DNA of 64,000 nt from Hypericibacter sp. GTDB taxonomy: Bacteria > Pseudomonadota > Alphaproteobacteria > Dongiales > Dongiaceae. The notes beneath the pieces were generated by a model. The model was given only the letters and a program-made list of their open reading frames with translations, ran no database searches and was not told the origin of the DNA. Each line of letters opens with the position of its first letter. Position 1 is the stretch's first letter. This document shows, in pieces, positions 1 to 10,290 of this stretch. The stretch is from the NCBI RefSeq assembly GCF_050729195.1, contig NZ_JBOHKS010000053.1:6128-70127 (forward strand), given 5' to 3'. Made by a program: the position numbers and the translations under genes.

Positions 1-800
1 AAGCGCCATTCATAGGCCTCCCAGCCTTCCTGGAAGCGGCCGAGCAGCAGGAGCATGAAAGATTCGAAGTGATGCGCCTCCACATTCTGCGGCGCCACCG
101 CCTGTGCCCGGCGATAGACCGCGATGGCCTCCTCGAAACGGTCCACCAGCGTCAGGCTGTTGCCGAGATTGAGCAGCAGATCGACATTCGAGGGGTTGGT
201 CGCCAACCCTTTTCGATAAAGTGCGATCGCCTCGTCGCTCTCGCCGCGCGCCTGCAACAGGAGGCCGAGATTGTTGATCGCACCAGCCAAGTCCGGCTTG
301 AGCGCCAGCGCCGCGCGATAATGCGTGCGGGCATCGTCGAGCTGGCCCGCATGCTGAAGGACGCGGGCCAGATTGAAATACAGGTCGGCCTGGTCGCCAT
401 GGCGGGCGAGGCCCTCGCGAAAGACGGCGATCGCGTCACCGTCGCTTCCGGAATCGGCGAGGACATTGCCGAGATTGACGCGGGCCGCCAGATAGTCGGG
501 ACGCAAGGCGAGCGCGCGCCGGTAATGGGCCGCCGCCTCGCTGCCGCGGCCCGCATGCTGCAAGGCCAGGGCCAGATTGTAATGCGCGGTCGGATCGTTG
601 GATTTCGCCTTCGCCACCCGGCCGAGATGCTGCACCGCCTCGTCATGAACGCCGCGCTGGTCGAGCAGAAGTCCCAGCAGCATGGCGATGTCCGTATTGC
701 CGGGCGCCGCCGCCAAAAGATGCCGATAAGCGGCCTCGGCCTCGGCGAGGCGGCCGGCCTTGTGCTGGGCGAAGGCGATGGCGAGCGGCGACTGGCTCAT
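1..800 (-). CDS. Tetratricopeptide repeat protein (probably TPR + GT9-like, truncated by left window edge)
   Basis: Read manually on minus strand: ATG at 800 (MSQSPLAIAFAQHKAGRLAEAEAAYRHLL...), TPR-type helices, and ...FMLLLLGRFQEGWEAYEWR at the window edge, the same motif as in the upstream paralog (LLLGRFEAGWRGYEWR). 4-bp ATGA overlap with upstream gene. Not listed in the ORF track because it lacks a stop in the window. Confidence 0.85.
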   Translation of the reverse strand, partial: MSQSPLAIAFAQHKAGRLAEAEAAYRHLLAAAPGNTDIAMLLGLLLDQRGVHDEAVQHLGRVAKAKSNDPTAHYNLALALQHAGRGSEAAAHYRRALALRPDYLAARVNLGNVLADSGSDGDAIAVFREGLARHGDQADLYFNLARVLQHAGQLDDARTHYRAALALKPDLAGAINNLGLLLQARGESDEAIALYRKGLATNPSNVDLLLNLGNSLTLVDRFEEAIAVYRRAQAVAPQNVEAHHFESFMLLLLGRFQEGWEAYEWR

Positions 801-2329
801 CGGGAACGCTGTCCGACATGAAGGGCCAGCGCCTTGGCCATCTCGGCGATCGGGCCCTTCCATTCCCGCCATGTCTTCTGCCGGAAGAGCCGCAAGGAGG
901 GCCACCAGACGCAGCCCTCGCCTTCGAGCAGCCAGCGCCATTCGGGGGGCTGCGGCAGCAGCACCCAGGCCGGAACGCCCAGCGCGCCGGCCATATGGAC
1001 GGCGCTGTTGTCGATGCCGATGACCAGATCGAGGGCGGCCGCTTGTGCCGCGAAGTCGTCGAGACTCTGGATCTGATCGATCTTCGGATCCTGCAGCAGC
1101 TCGACGCCCGCTTCGGCTTTGAGCTTCGCGACCGCCTCGCGATGATCGCCATATTGCAGGCTGATGAAGCGGACACCCGGTATCTGCAGAATCGGCAGCA
1201 GCTCGTCGAGCTTGATGCGGCGCTGCGCGGTCGGTTCGTTCTTCGTGGTATGCCAGGCGATCCCGACATTCAGCCTGTCGCTCCCGTAGCGTGCCTGGCA
1301 GCGGTCGCGCTTCTCGGGGTCAGGCTGGAGATAAGCGCCGCCGCGGCCGGCGAAGCTGGCGCGGTCCGGCCGCAGCCAGCGGCCGAGACTACCGGCGGCG
1401 ATCTGGGCGCGGATGTCGGGGGCTTTCAGCCGCGCCGGCAAGGGATCGGCACGCGCCACCAGCTCGACCTTCGGCAGCGCGCGGGCAAAGAGCGGCAGCA
1501 ATCGCGGATCGCATTCCAGCACGCAGTCCATCGTCGCGGCGAGCTCCGGCAGCAGGCTCGCGAACATGATCTCGTCGCCGACACCCTGCTCGCTCCAGAC
1601 CAGCAGCTTGCCGTCGGGAAGAGCGCCGCCATCCCAGACAGGCTGCGGGAAGAGCCGGCCGCGATCGGCGCTCTCCTCGCGGGTGCGCCAGCGCCATTCA
1701 TAACCGCGCCAGCCCGCCTCGAACCGGCCGAGCAGGAGCTGGAGCTGAGCCTCGGACCAATGCGCCCGGGCGTAATCCGGATCGATGCGGGCCGCCTCCT
1801 TGAAGGCCAGCAGGGCCGGCTCGTTACGCGCCAGGATCTTGAGATTGAGACCCATATTGACGAGTGCGTCGGGAAAATCCGGCCGCGCGGCCAGCGCCCG
1901 CTGGAACAGCTTGATTCCGTTCTCGAGATCGCCCCGCGTGCTGAAGAAGAGCCCGACGCTGTTGAGCGCGTCGGCATGGCGGGGATCGAGCCGCAGCACG
2001 CTCTTGTAGATGTCGATCGCCTCGCGCAGCCGGCCCGCACGCTGATAGGCACGGCCCAGGCTGTAATGGAGAGAGGCCGATTCCGGATGGCGGCGAACCG
2101 CCGGTTCCAACAAGCCGATCGCCTCCTCGACCGAACCCTGATCGCGCAGGCTGTCGCCGAGGCCCGACAGGGCTTCGGTCGAGCCTGGTTGCTGGAGAAG
2201 CGCCTGGCGGAAACCAGCCACGGCCTCAGGCCATCGCTCCGCCGCCTGATGGGCCTTGGCAGCCGCCAGCTCTGACAGGGCCGCCGCTCCTGGCACGGCG
2301 GCGGCAGCCGAATCGTCGGATGCGGTCAT
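797..2329 (-). CDS. TPR repeat protein with C-terminal glycosyltransferase family 9-like domain
   Basis: ORF 797..2479; start moved to MTASDD (GAGG-rich RBS upstream). N-terminal TPRs (AEALSGLGDSL, ADALNSVGLF, PDALVNMGL), then EQGVGDEIMF and IDNSAVHMAGALG motifs typical of TPR-GT9 proteins. Confidence 0.85.
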   Translation of the reverse strand: MTASDDSAAAAVPGAAALSELAAAKAHQAAERWPEAVAGFRQALLQQPGSTEALSGLGDSLRDQGSVEEAIGLLEPAVRRHPESASLHYSLGRAYQRAGRLREAIDIYKSVLRLDPRHADALNSVGLFFSTRGDLENGIKLFQRALAARPDFPDALVNMGLNLKILARNEPALLAFKEAARIDPDYARAHWSEAQLQLLLGRFEAGWRGYEWRWRTREESADRGRLFPQPVWDGGALPDGKLLVWSEQGVGDEIMFASLLPELAATMDCVLECDPRLLPLFARALPKVELVARADPLPARLKAPDIRAQIAAGSLGRWLRPDRASFAGRGGAYLQPDPEKRDRCQARYGSDRLNVGIAWHTTKNEPTAQRRIKLDELLPILQIPGVRFISLQYGDHREAVAKLKAEAGVELLQDPKIDQIQSLDDFAAQAAALDLVIGIDNSAVHMAGALGVPAWVLLPQPPEWRWLLEGEGCVWWPSLRLFRQKTWREWKGPIAEMAKALALHVGQRSR

Positions 2330-2423
2330 CCCTCGATCATCCTCGCGACCGCCTTCCAATGGCGGCGATTCAGAGTAATGGAAGGGGGTGCGTGGAACCA
2401 TGATGATGGGTTGCTCTTTCGAT

Positions 2424-2518
2424 CCCCTCCCCCCTCGTGGGGGAGGGATAGGGAGGGGGCTGCTCGGTGATCGCGTCATCCCCCTTCCTAACCTTCCCCC
2501 GCAAAGCGGGGGAAGGGA
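2424..2518. repeat. Inverted pair of REP-like palindromic repeats
   Basis: Copy A (+, 2424-2459) CCCTCCCCC-loop-GGGGGAGGG-ATAGGGAGGGGG; copy B (-, 2479-2518) CCCTTCCCCCGC-loop-GGGGGAAGG-TTAGGAAGGGGG; related copy at 23243-23280. Confidence 0.7.
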
Positions 2519-2540
2519 CTAGGCCCAGCACGCCCCAACG

Positions 2541-2570
2541 AAAAAGGCCGGCCCCTGGGGGCCGGCCTTT
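2541..2570 (-). terminator. Intrinsic terminator of rpsD
   Basis: 12-bp stem AAAGGCCGGCCC/GGGCCGGCCTTT with 4-nt loop, U-tract on the minus strand, 25 bp after rpsD stop. Confidence 0.85.
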
Positions 2571-2595
2571 CGCAAACCATCGTTCCTTCGGCGGA

Positions 2596-3210
2596 TCAGC
2601 GCGAATAGAACTCGACCACCAGATGCGGTTCCATCTGAACCGGGTAGGGCACGTCGGCCAGCGCCGGGACGCGCACGAACTTGGCGCGCATGCCCTTATG
2701 GTCCGCTTCGATATAGTCCGGCACATCGCGCTCGTTCGAGGCCGCGGCCTCGAGCACGACGGCGAGCTGCTTGGAGCGGTCCTTCACTTCGATGATGTCG
2801 CCTTCCTTCACCTGGTAGGAAGGAATATTGACGCGTTTGCCATTGACCTTGATGTGGCCGTGATTGACGAACTGGCGCGCGGCGAAAACGGTCAGCACGA
2901 ACTTGGCGCGATAGACCAGGGCGTCGAGGCGACGCTCCAACAGGCCCACCAGATTCTCGCCGGTGTCGCCACGGCGGCGCGCGGCCTCTTCATACATGCG
3001 GCGGAACTGGCGCTCGCCGATATTGCCGTAATAGCCCTTGAGCCGCTGCTTCGCCATCAGCTGGAGGCCGAAGTCGGACGGCTTCTTGCGGCGCTGGCCA
3101 TGCTGGCCCGGGCCATATTCGCGCTTGTTGAGCGGGCTCTTGGGACGGCCCCAGAGATTCACATTGAGGCGTCGGTCGATCTTGTATTTGGATTCGGCGC
3201 GCTTTGTCAC
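2596..3210 (-). CDS. rpsD: 30S ribosomal protein S4
   Basis: [14 protein letters not shown]...YGPGQHG...[12 protein letters not shown]...[14 protein letters not shown]; GTG start; 204 aa. Confidence 0.98.
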   Translation of the reverse strand: MTKRAESKYKIDRRLNVNLWGRPKSPLNKREYGPGQHGQRRKKPSDFGLQLMAKQRLKGYYGNIGERQFRRMYEEAARRRGDTGENLVGLLERRLDALVYRAKFVLTVFAARQFVNHGHIKVNGKRVNIPSYQVKEGDIIEVKDRSKQLAVVLEAAASNERDVPDYIEADHKGMRAKFVRVPALADVPYPVQMEPHLVVEFYSR

Positions 3211-3383
3211 CGGTGGTTCCTTTGTCTGTTTGTTGTCCCGATAGTTCCATCCCAGACGTCCGTTTCCGGACGCAGGCGGACGGGATCACGGCCCAATGGC
3301 GCAAGATCCACTTTCTCGGGAATGAGGCGGCAGGTTGTAGCCGCTGCCGGCCGGCCTGTCAAAGCCGATTAAATGATGTGAAT

Positions 3384-4178
3384 TCAATCGGTTGCAGTCG
3401 TTTTTCGGCGCCGGGGCCGGTTTTCGCGCTTGGAAGACAGCTCTTTGATGATGCCATGGAGGGTGCGGATCTCCTGGCGAGTCAGGCTGGCGCGCTGAAA
3501 CAGGTTGCGGATATTGCGCACCATCCCCGGCCTTTTCTCGGCATTGCGCAGGAATCCCGAGGCGTCGAGCTCGCGCTCGAGATGGTCGAAGAAGTTGAGC
3601 AGCTCCTCCTTCTCGGCCGGCCGCGTGCCGTTCACCACCAGCTCGCGCGGCGGCGTCGCGTCGCCCGCCTGGTACCACTCATAGCCGATCAACAGCACCG
3701 CCTGCGCCAGATTGAGCGAGGTGAACTCCGGATTGAGCGGGACCCGGATCACCGCATCGGCCAGCGACAGCTCGTCATTCTCGAGACCGGCGCGCTCGGG
3801 CCCGAACATCACGCCGACGCGCTCGCCCCGTGCGGTCAGCGCGCGCATCTCAGCGGCGGCCTCGCGCGGCGTCATCACGGTCTTGATCATCTGGCGATGT
3901 CGCGCCGAGGTCGCATAGACGCGGGTGAGATCGGCCATGGCCGCGCGCGCCGACGGATAGACTTGGGCCTTGTCGATCGCTTCATGGGCGCCCGAGGAGA
4001 CCTCGCGCGCTCGCTCGTTGGGCCAGGCCTCGCGCGGACGCACCAGCCGCAGATTGACGAGACCGCAATTCATCATGGCGCGCGCGGTGGCACCGATGTT
4101 TTCCGGGAGCTGCGGCTCAATCAGGAGAACCGCGGGCGCCTCGAGCGAGGCTTGCGCCCGGCGGCCGGCCGTGGCCAT
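3384..4178 (-). CDS. trmJ: TrmJ/LasT-family SPOUT RNA methyltransferase
   Basis: PQLPENIGATARAMMNCG, MFGPERAGLENDEL, SLNLAQAV motifs. Confidence 0.85.
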   Translation of the reverse strand: MATAGRRAQASLEAPAVLLIEPQLPENIGATARAMMNCGLVNLRLVRPREAWPNERAREVSSGAHEAIDKAQVYPSARAAMADLTRVYATSARHRQMIKTVMTPREAAAEMRALTARGERVGVMFGPERAGLENDELSLADAVIRVPLNPEFTSLNLAQAVLLIGYEWYQAGDATPPRELVVNGTRPAEKEELLNFFDHLERELDASGFLRNAEKRPGMVRNIRNLFQRASLTRQEIRTLHGIIKELSSKRENRPRRRKTTATD

Positions 4179-5806
4179 CAGGATTTCCTTGCAGCGCCCT
4201 TGGGCGCACCGCTGCGCACCGGCGCCCCGGCGCGATAGAGCTTCCAGCTGATGCCGTCATGGAGCGCGTTGAACGACGCATCGATGATGTTGGGCGAGAC
4301 GCCGACCGTCGACCAGCGCTCGCCGGTCCCGTCCGCGCTCTCGATCATCACGCGGGTGACGGCGCCCGTGCCGGCGCTGGGCGTCAGGATTCGCACCTTG
4401 TAATCCACCAGCCGCATATCCTCGAGCTCGGGATAGAAGGCGAGCAGCGCCTTCCTGAGCGCGCTGTCGAGCGCATTGACCGGGCCGTTGCCGGTCGCAA
4501 CCGTCATCAACCGCTCCTCGCCGACCTCGAGCGTGATGGTGGCCTCGGATTCCGTCACCAGCTCGCCGCGCGCGTTCCAGCGCCGGTCGTCCATCACGCG
4601 GAAGCGCGCAACGCGGAAATAGTCCGGAATGCCGCCGAGCTCGCGGCGCGCCAGCAGCTCGAAGCTGGCTTCGGCGCCGTCATAGGCATAGCCGTCATAT
4701 TCGCGGACCTTCACCAGCTCGACCAGGCTCGCGACCTTGGGATCGTCGGCCTCGATCGCGAGCCCGATATCGCGGAACCGCGCCAGGATGTTGGCGCGCC
4801 CCGACTGGTCCGACACCACGATATGGCGGCGATTGCCGACCAGCGCCGGGTCGATATGCTCGTAGGTGCGCGGGTCCTTCTCCACCGCCGAGACATGGAG
4901 GCCGCCCTTATGCGCGAAGGCGGATTCGCCGACATAGGCCGCGTTGCGCGACGGCGCCCGGTTGAGCCGCTCGTCCAGCAGCCGCGACAGATGGGTCAGA
5001 CCCTTCAGGGCCTCGCGGTCGATGCCGATCTTGTAGTCGGTCTTGAGCAGCAGGCTCGGGATCAGGGCCACCAGATTGGCGTTGCCGCAGCGCTCGCCCA
5101 GCCCATTGAGCGTGCCCTGGATCTGGCGCGCGCCGGCGCGCGCCGCGGCCAGGCTGTTGGCGACGGCATTCTCGGTGTCGTTGTGGCAATGGATGCCGAG
5201 CTGCGTGCCCGGGATGGTCTTCGCCACTTCGCCGACGATCCGCTCGATCTCATGCGGCAGCGTGCCGCCATTGGTGTCGCAGAGCACGATCCAGCGGGCC
5301 CCCGCCTCGTACGCCGCCTTGGCGCAGTCGAGCGCGTAGGCCGGATTGGCGCGGAAGCCGTCGAAGAAATGCTCGGCGTCGAACATGACCTCGTCCACGC
5401 GCGTCTTCGCGTGAGTGACGCTCTCGGCGATCATGTCGATGTTCTCGGTTCGCGAGATGCCGAGCGCGACGTCGACATGGAAATCCCAGCTCTTGCCGAC
5501 CATGCAGACCGCCCGGGCCTTGGTGCCGGTCAGGGCGGCCAATCCCGGATCGTTGCCGGCGCTGCGGCCGGGCCTGCGGGTCATGCCGAAGGCCACGAGC
5601 TTGGCGCGCTTCATTCCCGGCGGCTGGGCGAAGAAGGCATCGTCGGTCGGGTTGGCGCCGGGCCAGCCGCCCTCGACATAGTCGATCCCGATCTTGTCCA
5701 GCGCCTGGGCAATGGCCTGCTTGTCGAGGACGTTGAAATCGACCCCCTGAGTCTGCGCCCCGTCGCGCAGCGTGCTGTCGAAAAGATAGATACGGCTGTC
5801 GTCCAT
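4178..5806 (-). CDS. cimA: Citramalate synthase (LeuA/CimA family)
   Basis: DSTLRDGAQT, GIHCHND, GLGERCGNANL, AFAHKGGLH, C-terminal regulatory domain with GNGPVNALD. Start uncertain (5806 vs 5845/5848); TGATG overlap with trmJ. Confidence 0.9.
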   Translation of the reverse strand: MDDSRIYLFDSTLRDGAQTQGVDFNVLDKQAIAQALDKIGIDYVEGGWPGANPTDDAFFAQPPGMKRAKLVAFGMTRRPGRSAGNDPGLAALTGTKARAVCMVGKSWDFHVDVALGISRTENIDMIAESVTHAKTRVDEVMFDAEHFFDGFRANPAYALDCAKAAYEAGARWIVLCDTNGGTLPHEIERIVGEVAKTIPGTQLGIHCHNDTENAVANSLAAARAGARQIQGTLNGLGERCGNANLVALIPSLLLKTDYKIGIDREALKGLTHLSRLLDERLNRAPSRNAAYVGESAFAHKGGLHVSAVEKDPRTYEHIDPALVGNRRHIVVSDQSGRANILARFRDIGLAIEADDPKVASLVELVKVREYDGYAYDGAEASFELLARRELGGIPDYFRVARFRVMDDRRWNARGELVTESEATITLEVGEERLMTVATGNGPVNALDSALRKALLAFYPELEDMRLVDYKVRILTPSAGTGAVTRVMIESADGTGERWSTVGVSPNIIDASFNALHDGISWKLYRAGAPVRSGAPKGAARKS

Positions 5807-5866
5807 CGCCGAAAAGACCCGAGAAAGCAGGGGATTGGCGGCCATCACATGGCCGCAAGCCCATCT

Positions 5867-5971
5867 TTCTGCCTGGGGAACCCCCCGCCGTCAACCAGCC
5901 GGAGGCTGCGCCCCCGGTCTGACAGGCCTGCGGAGAGCCCCTTTCCTTTCCGACCGTCACCTATGGCAGAA
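5867..5971 (-). promoter_or_regulatory. Candidate structured 5' leader RNA of cimA (long imperfect hairpin)
   Basis: Nested complementary segments found by eye; G-U pairs work on the minus (cimA-sense) strand. See finding. Confidence 0.4.
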
Positions 5972-6016
5972 CAGGGAACGCTCCGTCGGCGCCCTTAACC
6001 AAAAAATGGCCCTTCC

Positions 6017-6655
6017 ATGCCGAGCTTCCTGCCCGATCTCGCGACCCTCCTGCCCTTCCTGGCGGCGGCCTTGGCGCTCAATCTGACGCCCGGTGCCGAT
6101 ATGACCATGGTCCTGGCGCAAAGCCTCGGCCGCGGCCGGTCCGCCGGTGTCTGGGCCGCCTTCGGGGTGGCGGGCGGCAGCCTGATCCATTCCCTGCTGG
6201 CGGCTTTCGGCGTCTCGGCCCTGTTGCAGCAGTCCGAGACGGCCTTCCTGATCGTCAAATATGCCGGTGCCGCCTATCTGCTCTATCTCGCCTGGCGCGC
6301 CGCCACTGATCGTTCAGGGCCGTTGCAAGCGGCTTTGCTGCCACCCCGGCGCGCGCATCGAGCCTTCCTCGACGGCGTGGTCACGAACCTGTTCAACCCG
6401 AAGGTGGCGCTCTTCATCCTCGCCTTCCTGCCTCAGTTTGTGGACCCGGCACGCGGATCTGTTGCGGGGCAGATCCTCTTTCTTGGTTTGCTATTCAACA
6501 TCGGCGGAACCTCTGTGCTGCTGGCCGTGGCGCTTTCGGCCAGCGCAGCCCGTGAGCGAATCTTGAGCTCGCGCCGCGCCGTGCTGGCGTTACGCTGGAT
6601 CACCGCCAGCCTGTTCGTCGGTCTGGCGGCCCGGATCGCCCTTAGCGAGCGTTAA
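6017..6655 (+). CDS. LysE/RhtB-family amino-acid exporter
   Basis: LNLTPGADM, YAGAAYLLYLAW, TNLFNPKVALF motifs; hydrophobic 212 aa. Confidence 0.92.
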   Translation: MPSFLPDLATLLPFLAAALALNLTPGADMTMVLAQSLGRGRSAGVWAAFGVAGGSLIHSLLAAFGVSALLQQSETAFLIVKYAGAAYLLYLAWRAATDRSGPLQAALLPPRRAHRAFLDGVVTNLFNPKVALFILAFLPQFVDPARGSVAGQILFLGLLFNIGGTSVLLAVALSASAARERILSSRRAVLALRWITASLFVGLAARIALSER

Positions 6656-6804
6656 CCAAACTCTGCGCCCGTTCGTCAACTCTTGGTAAGTTGGCGCACC
6701 TATACTGCAACCCAGAAGCGTCGCCCGGCAACAGCCGGGCGCCAGGAAACCGAGGGCAGCTGAAGCTTTGGCCGATGCGCGCCCATCAGACATTCGGCAG
6801 CCGC

Positions 6805-7335
6805 ATGGCAGATGTCGCCGCATCAAGGCTCTCGACGGTCACCGCAAAGATGGTGCGGTTGTCCTTCGCCGATGTCACCTCGCCCATGATTCGCGAGCTG
6901 GCGGCCTATTGGCATGAGCTTCGCGGTGCGAACCCGGTCGCGCTCAAGAAGAGTTTCGATCCCGCCCGCGTCACCGCCCTGCTGCCCTATCTCATCATCG
7001 CCGAGTATGTTCAGAACCCGCTTCGAATTCGCTATCGCCTTGTCGGTACCGAGCAGGTTCGGCATGCGGGCGAGGATTTCACGGGCAAGTGGCTGCACGA
7101 AACTGAGTGGGACTCACGTTATGTCGAAGTCTGGCTCGCCGCCGTGGCTGAGATGATCACGACCAGCCAGCCGGTGTTTGGGCGGGACTTGCTGCTCTGG
7201 ACTGACGACAAGATCAAGGAATGCGAATGGGCCGTTTTCCCGATGAGCATCGACGGCCGCGGCATCACCCACGGGCTCGGCATCGAGGATTTCAGCAAGA
7301 TCGAGCGCAGACGCGGCCTGTTCGCGCCACTTTGA
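6805..7335 (+). CDS. Stand-alone PAS domain protein (PAS_5/DUF1457-like)
   Basis: LAAYWHELRG...FDPARVTALLPYLII...RIRYRLVGT...GEDFTGKWL, typical of alphaproteobacterial single-domain PAS proteins; start moved from 6691. Confidence 0.75.
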   Translation: MADVAASRLSTVTAKMVRLSFADVTSPMIRELAAYWHELRGANPVALKKSFDPARVTALLPYLIIAEYVQNPLRIRYRLVGTEQVRHAGEDFTGKWLHETEWDSRYVEVWLAAVAEMITTSQPVFGRDLLLWTDDKIKECEWAVFPMSIDGRGITHGLGIEDFSKIERRRGLFAPL

Positions 7336-7351
7336 ATTTACAGGCAGCGCT

Positions 7352-8740
<1,389 letters not shown>

Positions 8741-8769
8741 ATCTCGATGGTCGCTTGCGCCAGCCTGGT

Positions 8770-10101
8770 TCAGCCCTTGCCGCGCAGCAATCGGGCGGAC
8801 GCCCGGGCGCGGCCGATGAGAGGTAGCAAAAGCCGCATCTCGGGTCCATGGTCGAGGCCGGTCAAGGCTTGGCGCAGGGGCTGGAACAAGGCCTTGCCCT
8901 TCTTGCCGGTGGCGGAGGTGACGGCGCCGGTCCAGTTCTTCCAGGTCTCGTCGTTCCAGGGCTCGGGCGGCAGCTCGGCCGCCGCGATCCGCGTCAGATC
9001 GACATCGTCGGCGCGGGTGAGGATCTCGCCATGGCAGATCTTGGCCCAAAGCTCGATGTCGGCCAGCTTCTCGAGATTGCCGCGCACGGCATTCCAGAGC
9101 CGCTCATCGACGCTGTCGGAGGCCACGCGCGCGGCGACCTCCTTGAAGTCGGTCTCATGCAGCAGCCGGGCATTGATCTGGGCCAGCTCGTCGCGATCGA
9201 AATGCGGCGAGGCCGACCCCAGCTTGCCGAGATTATGCTCGGGGATCAGCTCGTCCCAGCTATGGACCGGCTTCATCGGATCGCCGGTGCCGAGCCGCGC
9301 CAGATAGCTCGCCAGGGCCAGCGGCTCGATGCCGGCGGTCCGCAGCTCGCCGATCGACATGGTGCCGATGCGCTTTGAGAGCTCCTCCCCGCCCTTGCCT
9401 TTCAGCAGGGGGAGATGGCCGAAGCGCGGCACCGGCCCGCCCAGCGCCTCGAAGATCTGGATCTGCGCGCCGGTGTTGGTGACATGGTCGGCGCCGCGGA
9501 TCACATGGGTGATCCCGAGGTCGATATCGTCCACCACCGAGGGCAGCGTGTAGAGATAGGTGCCGTCCTCGCGGATCAGCACCGGGTCGCTCTGGCTCGC
9601 TTCGTCGATATGCTGGGGCCCGCGCACCATGTCGATCCAGCGCACCTCGCCCAGATCGAGGCGAAAGCGCCAGTGCGGGAGGCGGCCCTCGGCATCGAGC
9701 TTGGCGCGATCGGCGGCCGACAGCGCCAGCGCCCCGCGGTCATAGACCGGCGCGCGGCCCGACTGGAGCTGCGCCTGGCGCTTCAGCGCCAGCTCTTCCG
9801 CCGTCTCGTAGCAGGGATAGAGCCGTTCGGATTTCTTGAGCCGGGCGACCGCGGCGTCATAGACGGCGAGGCGCTGCGACTGGGAGACCTCGCGATCCCA
9901 CACCAGGCCGACCCAGGTCAGATCCTTGCGGATCTCGTCGGCGAACTCGGCGCTCGAGCGCAACTGGTCGGTGTCGTCGAAGCGCAGCAGGAACTCGCCG
10001 GACTCCTTGCGCGCAAAGAGCCAGTTATGCAGCGCCACGAAGATATTGCCGACATGGAGATGGCCCGTGGGGCTGGGCGCGAAACGGACGCGAACAGTCA
10101 T
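8770..10101 (-). CDS. gltX: Glutamate--tRNA ligase (short alphaproteobacterial type)
   Basis: [38 protein letters not shown]-terminal anticodon-binding domain ([13 protein letters not shown]...GPEM). Confidence 0.92.
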   Translation of the reverse strand: MTVRVRFAPSPTGHLHVGNIFVALHNWLFARKESGEFLLRFDDTDQLRSSAEFADEIRKDLTWVGLVWDREVSQSQRLAVYDAAVARLKKSERLYPCYETAEELALKRQAQLQSGRAPVYDRGALALSAADRAKLDAEGRLPHWRFRLDLGEVRWIDMVRGPQHIDEASQSDPVLIREDGTYLYTLPSVVDDIDLGITHVIRGADHVTNTGAQIQIFEALGGPVPRFGHLPLLKGKGGEELSKRIGTMSIGELRTAGIEPLALASYLARLGTGDPMKPVHSWDELIPEHNLGKLGSASPHFDRDELAQINARLLHETDFKEVAARVASDSVDERLWNAVRGNLEKLADIELWAKICHGEILTRADDVDLTRIAAAELPPEPWNDETWKNWTGAVTSATGKKGKALFQPLRQALTGLDHGPEMRLLLPLIGRARASARLLRGKG

Positions 10102-10290
10102 CGGGCCACGGGTCCGGTCGGGCAAAGCCAGGCGAGGTCAAGCGGAAATCGCAGGGTCATGATGGCAAGAGAGATACAACAGCGAGCCTGGATTGACCAC
10201 GGCCGCCGAAGCGGCATGATGTCGGGGTTCCCGGCGGGCCCTCGCCGGAACCAGCGCCTTCATTTTCAGCCCGTTTTCCCGAGGTTTTCC

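Noticed and set aside
5867-5971. Identification of the cimA leader as 6S RNA, SAM-II/SAM-alpha, TPP or an amino-acid attenuator
   Set aside because: None of the conserved sequence motifs I know are present, no ygfA/zapA context, and no Ile/Leu-rich leader peptide; kept only as an unclassified structure.
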